From Rhodobacterales bacterium (lineage in GTDB: Bacteria; Pseudomonadota; Alphaproteobacteria; Rhodobacterales; Rhodobacteraceae): a stretch of DNA of 64,000 nt. The position numbers and the translations under genes are program-made. Location: contig PDRY01000014.1 of NCBI GenBank assembly GCA_002748265.1, positions 134,418 through 198,417 on the forward strand, given 5' to 3'. This document shows positions 20,138 through 30,231 of this stretch, in pieces (positions within the stretch are counted from its first letter, which is position 1; each line of letters starts with the position of its first letter). The notes under the pieces were generated by a model that worked only from the letters and a program-made list of their open reading frames with translations, had not been told where the DNA came from and did no database searches.

Positions 20138-20644
20138 TCAGTTATGACCGCCGCGATAGCCGTGGCCGCCATGACCGCGCCGGTCGCCCCGACGATCATC
20201 CCGACGGTCGCCGCGCTGCATCCGATCGGCGAGAGCCTCGAACTCCTCTTCGCTGATGGCGCCATCGCCATCTTTGTCGAGCCGTTCGAACATCGTGGTC
20301 TCATTCTGACCCTTGGGGCCGACCATCTCTTCGATCTGGATCAGACCGTCATCGTTCTCGTCCATCATCTCGATCATCCGCTCCGCGCGGCGCGCCTGGC
20401 GGTTCGCGATGATCTCCTCTGCGCTCAGCCCGCCATCGTTGTTGCTGTCGACTTCTGCGAAATCGGCCTCTTTCTTGGCCATCAGCTCGGCCGGGGTGAT
20501 CTGGCCGTCGCCATTGGTGTCGAGATCAGAGAAGCTGGGAGGGGCCTGCCGCGACATGCCGCCGAACGGGTCGGCCGACGCGGCGCTGACCAGCAGCCCG
20601 GCGGAGATGGCAGAAATCAGAAGCGTGGTTTTCAGCTTGGTCAT
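20138..20644 (-). CDS. Secreted EF-hand calcium-binding protein
   Basis: It has a signal peptide (MTKLKTTLLISAISAGLLVSAASA). Four EF-hand-like loops are present (DTNGDGQITPAE, DSNNDGGLSAEE, DENDDGLIQIEE, DKDGDGAISEEE). The tail is RGD/RRD/His-Gly-rich low complexity. Confidence 0.8.
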   Translation of the reverse strand: MTKLKTTLLISAISAGLLVSAASADPFGGMSRQAPPSFSDLDTNGDGQITPAELMAKKEADFAEVDSNNDGGLSAEEIIANRQARRAERMIEMMDENDDGLIQIEEMVGPKGQNETTMFERLDKDGDGAISEEEFEALADRMQRGDRRDDRRGDRRGHGGHGYRGGHN

Positions 20645-20763
20645 GGGGATGTCCTATGTGTTTGCCTCACTCCCCGCCCGTTTTGAGCGAGGATACTAGT
20701 CACACGCGGCACGCAGGTCATTCCGTCGCTGAAAATCGAAAAAAGTTTAAAAAAGTTTTGAGG

Positions 20764-22845
20764 CTATTGCCCGGCGGGCCGTGGGGCTGCCGGAGCGACC
20801 GGAGCCGAGGGCCGCGCAATGGGGCGCGGTGCCGATTGTGGATCCAGGGCGGGGCGCTCTGCTGCTGGGGCAGGGACCACGACCTGACCCAACCCGGACG
20901 GACGTGGTCGCGGGCGCACAAGCGCTTCCTTGCCGATCAAGAGAGGGGTGAACGCCACGGGCCCGGTCTTCCCTGACAGGCGCGCGCGGTAGATCGGGAC
21001 CGATTCCGTCACGCGCTGCACGTAATTGCGGGTTTCACGGAAGGGGATGTGTTCGATCCAGTCCACGGGGTCGAGCTCCCCTTCGCGTGGATCGCCTCGC
21101 AGGGCCATCCACTCATAAGCTCGCCCCGGTCCGGCGTTGTAGCTTGCGGCAACCAGAACGGGGCTGTCTCCGAAATCTTCGATCAGACCGGCAAGGTAAG
21201 CACTGCCGAGCCGCGCATTGTAGCTCCAGGAGCTGGTGAGCATCGGGTAGGAATAGCCAATGCCCAGCCTGCGAGCGACCTCGCGCGCCGTGCCGGGCAT
21301 GAGCTGCATGAGCCCCTGCGCCCCGACCGGGCTGCCCGCATCTGCGCGGAACTCGCTCTCCTGCCGCGCGATGGACAGGGCAAGCGCGGGGTCCACGGGC
21401 AGCGGCTCCGCGGCGAGCGGGTGCAACGGGTGATAGCCGGGCGCGATGAGCAGGCCGCGCCGCGCGGCAGCTTTTGCCACTTTCAGAGCCAGGAAGTGCT
21501 CCTCTCGCTCCAGCAGCATTGCAATCGCACCCTGAAGGTCTGTCTCCGGGGCGCTTTCTCCGAGAGCGATAGCAAACCGGTAGGCATAACCGCGCTGCTC
21601 GGCGGTTAGCAGCAGGTCGAGCGCCTGAACCATGTCGTTGCGCAGCGCGTCGCTCTCTCGCCAGTCCTCGGCGGGGAGCGGATCCGCGTAGGACGCATCC
21701 AATGGCAGCCCCGCGCGTTCGGACGACAGCAGGCCGTAAAAGGCCGTTTGGTACCGAGCGCCTTCACGCCAGGCCGCCATCGCACCTTCCTGGTCGTCGG
21801 TGGCTGCTCGAGCTTCCCCGATCCAGAACCAGGCCCGGCCCAGCGAAATCGGCGTCTCGACCTCTGTGCGGAACTGTTCGAAATGGCGCAGTGCGCGGGC
21901 CGGATCATCCAGCTTGCGCAGGGCAATATAGCCCGCAAGCCATTCCAGATCGGCATGGTTGTAGCCGTCTTCAGGGGTCGTGCCGTTCTGGGTCGCGAGG
22001 CGGTAGGCCCGGTCGGGATCGCCTTGCCGCATCTCCCAGCGGGCGAGGCTCCGCCGCCAGCCGGACCAGCGGAACGGATCGCCCAGCCGGTCCGGAGACT
22101 GTGCCTCGGCCAACGTGATTGCCTCGCGGTAGCGGCCCTTCGCGGCCAGCCAGTCGAACCGCGCATAGGCCACGCCCGGCACGGAGCGGAGCGCCTCGGG
22201 CTCCTGCCCGGCGGTCGAAAGATTGCGAATGTAGGCGATGCGCGCCTGCGCAATGGCGCGCTCCTCCGGTGAGAGCTTTGGCAGGATGCGCAGCGCATCG
22301 TTCACCCGTTCCGCAAACAGCAGGCGGTCCACGCGCTCGGCGTGGTGCGGCCCCAGAAGGAGCCCGAACTGCGCCAGCATTCTGGCTTCTGTCTCGGCAT
22401 CGGCGTTCAGCTCGATCCAGGCGCGGATCAGCATTCTGGCCCGGTTCGGATCAAGCGGAGACGTGACATCGGCAAGCGCAATCGCCCCGTCCATGGTGCG
22501 CGGGCTGTCTCCGACAAAGGCGCGCACGCGCGCGGCATCGGTGTCCTTGGTAATGGCACGCTCTGCCGCGCGCATCAGGCGGTCCTGTTCGGGCCAGTCC
22601 GGGCGACGGGCGACAAAGGCGTCGATCTCTTCGAAACTGCCGTTCCCGTCGCGCAGGCGGGCCCAGTCGATCAGATCGCTGGCCGCCGTCCCCAGAGGCA
22701 GGGCGAGCGATTCCGCCAAAGCCGTGTCACCCCGCGACAGCGCGGCAAACGCATCCTTGATCGCATCGTTTTGAGGGCGATCCTGAGCCAGCCCGCCCAG
22801 AGGCAGGAGCGCGACAAGGGCGGCAAGAATAAGCGATCGGACCAT
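20764..22845 (-). CDS. Soluble lytic murein transglycosylase (Slt family)
   Basis: It has a signal peptide (MVRSLILAALVALLPLGGLAQ), a long superhelical N-terminal domain, and a C-terminal SLT catalytic motif (ESEFRADAGSPVGAQGLMQLMPGTA...AASYNAGPGR). The start at 22845 was chosen; the track ORF extension to 23808 overlaps dapA. Confidence 0.88.
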   Translation of the reverse strand: MVRSLILAALVALLPLGGLAQDRPQNDAIKDAFAALSRGDTALAESLALPLGTAASDLIDWARLRDGNGSFEEIDAFVARRPDWPEQDRLMRAAERAITKDTDAARVRAFVGDSPRTMDGAIALADVTSPLDPNRARMLIRAWIELNADAETEARMLAQFGLLLGPHHAERVDRLLFAERVNDALRILPKLSPEERAIAQARIAYIRNLSTAGQEPEALRSVPGVAYARFDWLAAKGRYREAITLAEAQSPDRLGDPFRWSGWRRSLARWEMRQGDPDRAYRLATQNGTTPEDGYNHADLEWLAGYIALRKLDDPARALRHFEQFRTEVETPISLGRAWFWIGEARAATDDQEGAMAAWREGARYQTAFYGLLSSERAGLPLDASYADPLPAEDWRESDALRNDMVQALDLLLTAEQRGYAYRFAIALGESAPETDLQGAIAMLLEREEHFLALKVAKAAARRGLLIAPGYHPLHPLAAEPLPVDPALALSIARQESEFRADAGSPVGAQGLMQLMPGTAREVARRLGIGYSYPMLTSSWSYNARLGSAYLAGLIEDFGDSPVLVAASYNAGPGRAYEWMALRGDPREGELDPVDWIEHIPFRETRNYVQRVTESVPIYRARLSGKTGPVAFTPLLIGKEALVRPRPRPSGLGQVVVPAPAAERPALDPQSAPRPIARPSAPVAPAAPRPAGQ

Positions 22846-22950
22846 GGTGGGCAGAGTGCAGGTCAGCCGATTCTTGGCAAGGGGAGAAAACCCGACTAGT
22901 GTCCGCGCGGATCCGCGATGGGCGGGTCTTTGCCAGTTCAGGAGAACGCG

Positions 22951-23826
22951 ATGTTCAAAGGATCCATCCCCGCGCTTGTCACGCCCTTCGGTCAGGACGG
23001 CAAACCGGACATGGCAGCGTTCAAGGACCTGATCGACTGGCAGATCGAAGAGGGATCGTCCGGTTTGGTTCCCGTTGGCACCACGGGCGAAAGCCCGACT
23101 CTGACCCATGACGAACATGACGCGGTTGTCGCTGCGGCCGTGAAATACGCCGATGGCCGTGTGCCGGTCATTGCCGGTGCGGGCTCCAACAACACCTCCG
23201 AAACGGTCAAGCTGGTGCGCGGAGCACAGGCCGCTGGGGCCGATGCCGCCCTGATCGTGACGCCCTACTACAACAAGCCGACCCAAGACGGCCTGATCGC
23301 CCATTATGAGGCCGCCGCCGAGATTGGCCTGCCGATCATCATCTACAACATCCCCGGCCGGTCGGTTGTCGATATGACGCCCGAAACCATGGGCCGTCTG
23401 GCCAAGCACGAGATGATCGTGGGCGTGAAAGATGCGACCGGCGATCTGGCCCGCGTGCCGCGCACCCGCATCACCTGTGGCACCGATTTCGTGCAACTGT
23501 CCGGCGAAGATGCCACGGCTCTGGGCTTTAACGCCCATGGCGGGGTGGGCTGCATTTCGGTGACCGCGAATGTCGCGCCGCGTCTGTGCGCTCAGTTCCA
23601 GGCCTGCACCGCGCGCGGGGACTATGCCGCCGCCCTGGAAATTCAGGATCGCCTGATGCCGCTCCATGAGGCGATCTTCCTGGAGCCGGGCGTTGTCGGT
23701 GCCAAATACGGCCTGTCCCTTCTGGGCCGTGTCAGTGCGGATGTGCGTCTTCCGCTGGTGCCTGCAACCGATCCGGTCAAGCAGGCCATCAAGGATGCGA
23801 TGATCCACGCCGGGCTTCTGTCCTAA
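22951..23826 (+). CDS. dapA: 4-hydroxy-tetrahydrodipicolinate synthase
   Basis: [13 protein letters not shown]...[14 protein letters not shown]...IIYNIPGRS is the DapA signature. It is divergent from slt, as in many alphaproteobacteria. Confidence 0.92.
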   Translation: MFKGSIPALVTPFGQDGKPDMAAFKDLIDWQIEEGSSGLVPVGTTGESPTLTHDEHDAVVAAAVKYADGRVPVIAGAGSNNTSETVKLVRGAQAAGADAALIVTPYYNKPTQDGLIAHYEAAAEIGLPIIIYNIPGRSVVDMTPETMGRLAKHEMIVGVKDATGDLARVPRTRITCGTDFVQLSGEDATALGFNAHGGVGCISVTANVAPRLCAQFQACTARGDYAAALEIQDRLMPLHEAIFLEPGVVGAKYGLSLLGRVSADVRLPLVPATDPVKQAIKDAMIHAGLLS

Positions 23827-23907
23827 GGGGCCGGACCGGGCCCGACCGCGATCTGATGACTGCCGCGCATTAACGCTTCGCTAACCATCGTGTCCCCATG
23901 GTGGGGC

Positions 23908-24666
23908 ATGACGCGCGACTCCGCCTTTTCCGAAGCTCCGGCGCTGTTTCCACTGGATGTGGATGAAGCCCCCGTGCCCAAGGGCGCGAAGGCCCCGTCC
24001 TATATCCGCGATCACCGTGCCCGGCTTCGGGAAAGGTTTCTCTCTGGCGGCGCCGATGCCGTGCCGGAATACGAACTGCTTGAGCTGCTCTTGTTCGCCG
24101 CGATCCCGCGCCGGGATGTGAAGCCTTTGGCCCGCCTGCTGCTTGAGACCTTCGGGGATCTGAACGCTGTCTTGTCTGCCCCCCGTGCCCGGCTGGAGCA
24201 GGTCGAAGGCGTCGGCCCCGCCGTCGTTGCGCAGCTCAAGATCACCGAAGCCTGCGCGCATCGCATGGCGCGCGCGCGGGTGCTGCGTCATCAGGTGCTG
24301 TCCTCCTGGGACGCGCTGCTGGACTATTGTCATACGGTCATGGCGCATCGCGACACCGAACAGTTCCGCGTCCTGTTTCTGGATCGCAAGAACGTTCTGA
24401 TTGCCGATGAGGCGCAGGCGCGCGGCACTGTGGATCACGTCCCGGTTTACCCGCGCGAGGTCGTCAAGCGCGCGCTTGAGCTGAACGCATCGGCTCTGAT
24501 CCTGGTCCACAACCATCCGTCGGGCGATCCGACGCCGTCGGAATCGGACATCACGATGACCGCGCAGATCGAACGGGCGGCGCAGGCTTTAGGGATCGTC
24601 GTGCACGATCATCTGATCATTGGCCGCTCGCGCGAACTGAGCTTTCGCGCGGAAGGGTTACTGTAG
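23908..24666 (+). CDS. radC: RadC-family (JAMM/MPN) DNA repair protein
   Basis: It has an N-terminal HhH region and a C-terminal JAMM motif (HNHPSGDPTPSESD). The ATG at 23908 was chosen; a GTG lies at 23890. Confidence 0.85.
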   Translation: MTRDSAFSEAPALFPLDVDEAPVPKGAKAPSYIRDHRARLRERFLSGGADAVPEYELLELLLFAAIPRRDVKPLARLLLETFGDLNAVLSAPRARLEQVEGVGPAVVAQLKITEACAHRMARARVLRHQVLSSWDALLDYCHTVMAHRDTEQFRVLFLDRKNVLIADEAQARGTVDHVPVYPREVVKRALELNASALILVHNHPSGDPTPSESDITMTAQIERAAQALGIVVHDHLIIGRSRELSFRAEGLL

Positions 24667-26262
24667 CGCGCCCTGCGCGACCCACAGCTCCACCCGCCGG
24701 TTGGTCTGCCGTCCCCAATCGCTGTCGTCGCAGGCCAGCGGAAGCGCTTCGCCAAAGGCGTCGATCTCCAGCGAAACGCCGTCGGGCAGCCCGTCGCTCA
24801 GCACGTTCAGAAGCTGCCGCCGGACGCTTTCCGCCCGCGCCAGAGACAGGCTGCGATTGGCTTCGGCCGGGCCCACGCCGTCGCTGAACCCCACAAGGAA
24901 CAGCCGGGCGCCTTGGTATTCGCCATCGCGGATCGCCCGGCCCAGTTGCAGCATGTTCGATCGGGACTGCGCGTCCAGCCGGGTCGATCCGGGCGTGAAG
25001 CGGAACGTGGTGGAGAGCCTCTGACGCCGCGAGAGCTTGCCCACCATGTCCTGCAGGTTGGCCAGGCTGATCTCTTCGCCCGCGACAAGGATTGCGCGGG
25101 CCAGCCGGTCCCCTTGCCGAGAGAGCGGCACTGGCACCGGACCGCGATCCACGAACCCGGCGCGGCGCACGATCTTCTGGGCTTCGCTGCTGCGTAGCCA
25201 GGCGAGCCACGCGCTTGCCTCCGGGGCCATGCGGCGCTCCGGGAGGTAGATGAACAGAGGGCGGGTGAGCGTGTAATCTTCGGTCTTGAGCGACAGAAGA
25301 TTTGCGTCCGACACCATGCCGCAACTGCCGCCCAGAGGCAGCGGCCGCGCCAGCCCGTGATTGCGATAGGGCGCCACGCCCACGGCGCCCGCGTCTTGCG
25401 CGACGGCGGTGGTCATGGCGTCGGTCGTGTCGTGGAACTGGACAGTGTCCGACAAGGTCACGCCTGCCGGGGTCAGCACCCCGTCGATGAACCCTTGCAC
25501 GTCGCCCGACTGCTCAGGCCCGAGGTGCAGCTTGACCGGTCCGGGGGCCAGCCCAAGCTGCGCCCAATCGGTGATCGTGCCCGCGAACAGGCCCGCCAGC
25601 TCCGTGGGGGTCAGCGGGCGTAGAAGCCTGCGGGGCGATCCCACCGGCACAAGCGCATCAAGCGCGACGATCTCGCTCCGGCGGGCGTCGGACAACCGGC
25701 CCAGCCCGGCTTCGGAGCCCTGGCGCGCCTCTTCGGGGCGGATCTCGCGCACGGAGAGCGCGGCGTCCGCCTGGTTGGAGAACAGGTCAGCAAAGCCTTC
25801 GTCGCTCGTGCCGACATGGAAGCTGAACCGCAGCACCGGCAGTCCGCTGCTCGCGTCTTCGACATCGTATTCGAAGTGGAGCGGGTCGACCTCCCGCCGC
25901 ACGGCGCGCAGGCCGCGCGTGCGGGCGTAGCCTTCGATCAGTGCGGGCATCAGAACGTCCGACATGCGCGCGGCGCCAGACAGGCGCAGGCGAGGGACGT
26001 AGTCCTCGGGATCGGGGCACAGGGCGCCCTCGCATTCCGTATGATCGTAACGCAGCGTCACCTCTCCGGCATCGGTCATGAGCCGCAGGAAGGTGCCGTC
26101 AAACCCCAGGATATCGCCCGAGACGGCGGTGCCGCCGTGGGTGATCGTCACCGGCTCTGCCCGCGCAGGGGCGGCGCTGACCGCAAGTGTGCAAAGAAAA
26201 AGTGCGGCGAACTGAGTCGCCGCACGTCCAAACCGTCTGTGCCAGGGGTCGTCGCGCGTCAT
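24658..26262 (-). CDS. Phosphate-binding (PstS-like PBP) domain / OmpA C-terminal domain fusion protein
   Basis: A signal peptide is followed by a central PstS/PBP-like domain (TDAMTTAVAQDAGAVGVAPY). The C-terminal OmpA-like peptidoglycan-binding domain is GFSDGVGPAEANRSLSLARAESVRRQLL...NRRVELWV. Confidence 0.7.
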   Translation of the reverse strand: MTRDDPWHRRFGRAATQFAALFLCTLAVSAAPARAEPVTITHGGTAVSGDILGFDGTFLRLMTDAGEVTLRYDHTECEGALCPDPEDYVPRLRLSGAARMSDVLMPALIEGYARTRGLRAVRREVDPLHFEYDVEDASSGLPVLRFSFHVGTSDEGFADLFSNQADAALSVREIRPEEARQGSEAGLGRLSDARRSEIVALDALVPVGSPRRLLRPLTPTELAGLFAGTITDWAQLGLAPGPVKLHLGPEQSGDVQGFIDGVLTPAGVTLSDTVQFHDTTDAMTTAVAQDAGAVGVAPYRNHGLARPLPLGGSCGMVSDANLLSLKTEDYTLTRPLFIYLPERRMAPEASAWLAWLRSSEAQKIVRRAGFVDRGPVPVPLSRQGDRLARAILVAGEEISLANLQDMVGKLSRRQRLSTTFRFTPGSTRLDAQSRSNMLQLGRAIRDGEYQGARLFLVGFSDGVGPAEANRSLSLARAESVRRQLLNVLSDGLPDGVSLEIDAFGEALPLACDDSDWGRQTNRRVELWVAQGALQ

Positions 26263-27206
26263 CTTGCGGCAACAGTCCGGTCCGACACCATGTTTTGCAA
26301 GATCAAAAACTCGCCCACGGAATCGCAGCCGGGAACCGTCATTGTGAGGTCACGGGTCTCGAGCCCGGACGGCCCGGTTTGCAGCGATTGGGCCGCGATT
26401 TCGCCGCCGCAGGTGGCGTCGATAACCTCGGCTTCGACGCTCAAGGCGATCTGCCCGTCGCGGGGAGAGGTTTCGGCAGGGTAGGTGTAGACCTCAGCCA
26501 GAAGCGCGCGCTCCAGCGTCGGATCGCCAAGCTGGGTAAACACGCCGCCGGACATGCTCGCATCGGGCGCATCGCGCCACACGTGACCGGCGGTGAAGTA
26601 GGCGGCGCCGAATTCGCGCGCATGAAGCTGAAGCCCGGTTTCCCCCTGCCATTGCAGAGCGACCCGGTCCAGATCCGCCATGTCGGGCAGGGAAAGCCGC
26701 GCCACGGCGCCTTCGCCGTCGCTCAGGGCAACGATGAAGCTGGCGTCTTCGGTCAGGGCGGGGACGGACAATTCTGCCGCGCCTTGGTCGTCCAAGGCGA
26801 TGGCGAACATCATGCCGCGATGGTGGATCGTGGCGCGCTGTCCGGCATGGCACGGGGCTGAAACGTCGAGCTCGGCAAAGGCCAGCGGCGCGGCTGTTGC
26901 GGAAAGCGCCACTGTGCAGTCCAGCTCGGCCACGGGTGCGGCTGCCATGTCCTCCGGCAGAGCGGCGCTCAGGCCCTTGGGCAAGGCGGCCAGCACGAGC
27001 GGCAGCGAGGGGAGGGGCAAGGCGGGCAGAAGGTCCGCACCCAGCACGAAAGACGCGTGCTGCGGCGGCGTGCTCAGGTTTTCCGGCAGCACCGGCGCAA
27101 CGCTCAGGCGCTCCGCCTGTGCTTCGCCATTTTGCATGGTGAAGCCGATCCCGACCGCCACGGCAAATGTGCCTGCGGCAACAGCAAGCTTCTTGAGACC
27201 TGACAT
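26259..27206 (-). CDS. Hypothetical exported protein (operon partner of the PBP-OmpA fusion)
   Basis: A signal/TM after MSGLKKLAVAAGTFAVAVG is followed by an Ala/Leu-rich region with no recognisable domain. Its stop overlaps the start of the downstream gene (ATGA). The start at 27206 was chosen because of the AAGGGA SD-like element upstream. Confidence 0.5.
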   Translation of the reverse strand: MSGLKKLAVAAGTFAVAVGIGFTMQNGEAQAERLSVAPVLPENLSTPPQHASFVLGADLLPALPLPSLPLVLAALPKGLSAALPEDMAAAPVAELDCTVALSATAAPLAFAELDVSAPCHAGQRATIHHRGMMFAIALDDQGAAELSVPALTEDASFIVALSDGEGAVARLSLPDMADLDRVALQWQGETGLQLHAREFGAAYFTAGHVWRDAPDASMSGGVFTQLGDPTLERALLAEVYTYPAETSPRDGQIALSVEAEVIDATCGGEIAAQSLQTGPSGLETRDLTMTVPGCDSVGEFLILQNMVSDRTVAAR

Positions 27207-27332
27207 GATTCTATCCCTTCGCATATTGCGACGGTGCTAGAATGCTCCCCTTCGGTGGCGTCCGAAGGACGGACGGAAGAAGAAGGCGAGGTCAAATCAG
27301 GGCGAAGTTGTGACAGGCCGGGTCGCGGCCGG

Positions 27333-30056
27333 TCACAGGCGGCCATGGCAGTGCTTGAACTTCTTGCCCGATCCGCAGGGGCACAAGGCGTTGCGGCTGG
27401 GGTTGCCCCAGGTCGAGGGATCGGTTTCGTCGAACCCTTCTATGGCGGCACCGCTGGCGGCCGTGGCTGCGCCCGCCGCTGCAGCGGCGGTGGCGGCGCT
27501 GTGCTTCTCCAGTTCGCGCCGCATCCGCTCCTGTTCGGCCAGCTGCGCCTGACGCATCTGCTCAAGCTCCGCTTCGGTCAGCGGGCGGATATTGTTCAGC
27601 TTTTCGGTCACATCGAAGCGCAGCCCGTCCAGCAGGCCTTCGAACAACTGGAAGCTCTCGGTCTTGTATTCGTTCAGAGGGTCGCGCTGCGCATAGCCGC
27701 GAAAGCCCACGACCGATCGAAGATGTTCCAGCGTCAGAAGATGCTCGCGCCATTTGGCGTCGATCGTGCTCAGGATCACCTGCTTTTCGACGCTGCGATA
27801 GGTGTCCGAGCCGAACTCTTCTTCCTTGGCGCCGGTGAAGGCGTCGGAGGCCTCAACGAGGCGCTCGTAGATCACGTCGTCATCCACGCCTTCTTCTTCG
27901 ACCCAGGCCAGAATCGGGGCGTCGACGCCCAGATGCTTCAGCGCATCGGCATAGAGCCCCTCACCGTCCCACTGGTCGGCATAGCTGCGTTCCGGGATGT
28001 GCCGGGCCACGAGGTCTTCGATGACCTGGTGACGCATGTCGGTCGCGATCTCCGAAACGTCCTCGGCTTCCATGATCTCGCGGCGCTGACCGAAGATCAC
28101 CTTCCGCTGATCGTTCATCACGTCGTCGAATTTCAGAAGCTGCTTGCGGATGTCGAAGTTGCGGGCTTCGACCTTGGTCTGAGCGCGCTCCAGCGATTTG
28201 TTTACCCACGGGTGCACGATGGCTTCGCCGTCCTTCATGCCCAGCGTGCTAAGCACCTTTTCCAGACGCTCGGATCCAAAGATCCGCATCAGGTCATCTT
28301 CCAGCGACAGGAAGAAGCTGGACCGGCCCGGATCGCCCTGACGGCCCGACCGGCCGCGCAGCTGGTTGTCGATCCGGCGGCTTTCGTGCCGTTCGGTCGC
28401 CAGAACGAACAGACCGCCGGCGTCCAGCACCTTTTGCTTTTCTTCGGCATGTTCGGCTTCGATCTTGGCGCGCAGCTCGTCGGGGTTTGCCTCGGGATTG
28501 GCGGCCAGAGCCTCCATCACCTTCATCTCGACATTGCCGCCCAGCTGAATATCGGTGCCGCGCCCGGCCATGTTGGTGGCGATGGTCACGGAGCCCATCT
28601 TCCCGGCCTCGGCCACGATATGGGCTTCGCGCTCATGCTCGCGGGCGTTGAGCACGTTATGCGTCACACCGGCTTCGGTCAGAAGCTGGCTGAGCATGTC
28701 GGATTTCTCGATCGAGGTGGTGCCGACCAGGATCGGCTGGCCCTTCTCGTGGGCGGCCTTGATCTCTTCGACGATGGCTTCGTATTTCTCGCGGCCTGTG
28801 CGGTAGACTTGGTCATGCTCATCTTCGCGGGAGATGGGGCGGTTGGTGGGCACTTCGACCACGCCCAGCCCATAGATATCCGCGAATTCCTCGGCCTCGG
28901 TGATCGCGGTGCCGGTCATCCCGGCGAGCTTCTCGTAGAGGCGGAAATAGTTCTGGAAGGTCACGCTGGCGTGGGTGACGTTTTCCGGCTGGATCTGGGC
29001 GCCTTCCTTGGCTTCGAGAGCCTGGTGCAGCCCGTCCGACAGGCGGCGGCCATGCATCATGCGGCCGGTGAATTCGTCGATCAGAACAACCTGCCCGTCG
29101 CGGACGATGTAGTCCTTGTCCTTGGTGTAGAGCTTGTGCGCGCGCAGGCCCTGGTTCACGTGGTGGACCAGTGTGGTGCTTTCCGGGTCGTAGAGCGTGT
29201 GCTCATCGTCCAGCAGTCCGGCCGAGCGCAGGCGCTGCTCCAGGAATTCATTGCCGTCGTCGGTGAAGGTCACCTGACGAGTTTTTTCGTCCATCTCGAA
29301 CATTTCGTCCGTCAGCTCAGGGATCAGCGCGTCGATGGCGACGTAAAGATCGCTGCGGTCCTGGGCCGGGCCGGAAATGATGAGCGGCGTGCGCGCTTCG
29401 TCGATCAGGATGCTGTCCACCTCGTCGACAATGGCGAAGTGGTGGGGCCGCTGGACCATCTCCTTGAGAGAGCCCTTCATGTTGTCGCGCAGGTAATCGA
29501 ACGCCAGCTCGTTATTCGTGGCATAGGCCACATCGCACTGATAGGCGTTGCGCTTTTCGTCATCGGGCTGGTTGGGATAGATGGCGCCGGTGGTCATGCC
29601 CAGCTGGGCGAACACCTTGCCCATCCATTCGGCGTCCCGCTTCACGAGATAGTCGTTCACGGTGACGATATGCACGCCTTTGCCGGTCAGCGCGTTCAGA
29701 TACGCGGCGAAGGTGGCGACGAGCGTCTTGCCCTCGCCGGTCTTCATTTCCGCGATATTGCCTTCGTGCAGGAACGCCCCGCCCATCAGCTGCACGTCAA
29801 AGGCGCGCAGGCCCAGAGCACGGCGGGCGCCCTCGCGGCAGTTGGCGAAAGCTTCGGGCAGCAGCGCGTCGAGCTTCTCGCCCTCGCTGTAGCGGCGCTT
29901 GAGCTCTTCGGTCTTGTCGATCAGCCCCTGATCGGACAGCGCCTCGTATTCGGGCTCCAGGGCGTTGATCTTGGCGATAAGCGGCTTCGTGGCCTTAACC
30001 TTGCGGTCATTCGGCGTGCCAAACACCTTTTTGGCGATCGTTCCAAGACCCAGCAT
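27333..30056 (-). CDS. secA: Preprotein translocase ATPase SecA
   Basis: [20 protein letters not shown]... is followed by the DEAD-like motor ([13 protein letters not shown]). The C-terminal zinc-binding motif is [14 protein letters not shown]. The start at 30056 was chosen. Confidence 0.95.
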   Translation of the reverse strand: MLGLGTIAKKVFGTPNDRKVKATKPLIAKINALEPEYEALSDQGLIDKTEELKRRYSEGEKLDALLPEAFANCREGARRALGLRAFDVQLMGGAFLHEGNIAEMKTGEGKTLVATFAAYLNALTGKGVHIVTVNDYLVKRDAEWMGKVFAQLGMTTGAIYPNQPDDEKRNAYQCDVAYATNNELAFDYLRDNMKGSLKEMVQRPHHFAIVDEVDSILIDEARTPLIISGPAQDRSDLYVAIDALIPELTDEMFEMDEKTRQVTFTDDGNEFLEQRLRSAGLLDDEHTLYDPESTTLVHHVNQGLRAHKLYTKDKDYIVRDGQVVLIDEFTGRMMHGRRLSDGLHQALEAKEGAQIQPENVTHASVTFQNYFRLYEKLAGMTGTAITEAEEFADIYGLGVVEVPTNRPISREDEHDQVYRTGREKYEAIVEEIKAAHEKGQPILVGTTSIEKSDMLSQLLTEAGVTHNVLNAREHEREAHIVAEAGKMGSVTIATNMAGRGTDIQLGGNVEMKVMEALAANPEANPDELRAKIEAEHAEEKQKVLDAGGLFVLATERHESRRIDNQLRGRSGRQGDPGRSSFFLSLEDDLMRIFGSERLEKVLSTLGMKDGEAIVHPWVNKSLERAQTKVEARNFDIRKQLLKFDDVMNDQRKVIFGQRREIMEAEDVSEIATDMRHQVIEDLVARHIPERSYADQWDGEGLYADALKHLGVDAPILAWVEEEGVDDDVIYERLVEASDAFTGAKEEEFGSDTYRSVEKQVILSTIDAKWREHLLTLEHLRSVVGFRGYAQRDPLNEYKTESFQLFEGLLDGLRFDVTEKLNNIRPLTEAELEQMRQAQLAEQERMRRELEKHSAATAAAAAGAATAASGAAIEGFDETDPSTWGNPSRNALCPCGSGKKFKHCHGRL

Positions 30057-30231
30057 ATCCGCTCCTTCGGCGCGATTTCGGTTCACGGGATCAAGAGGCT
30101 GGTTGCCCCGGCGGGGCGCGCCCCCTAAATCTTGGGGCAATCCGGCCCCTCGGGACCCGCAAGGCTAGGTAAGGGCCGCATATCATAGTGTCAACGCCGC
30201 CCCCGAAGGCGTGACGGAAAGGAACGAACCT

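Noticed and set aside
20764-23808. A 1014-aa minus-strand ORF.
   Set aside because: Only the portion from the ATG at 22845 (signal peptide MVRSLILAALV...) is Slt. The extra ~320 N-terminal codons overlap dapA on the opposite strand and are non-homologous.
27234-30128. A 964-aa plus-strand ORF opposite secA.
   Set aside because: It is the antisense shadow of secA. Its low-complexity, Gly/Ala/Val/His-rich translation has no motifs.
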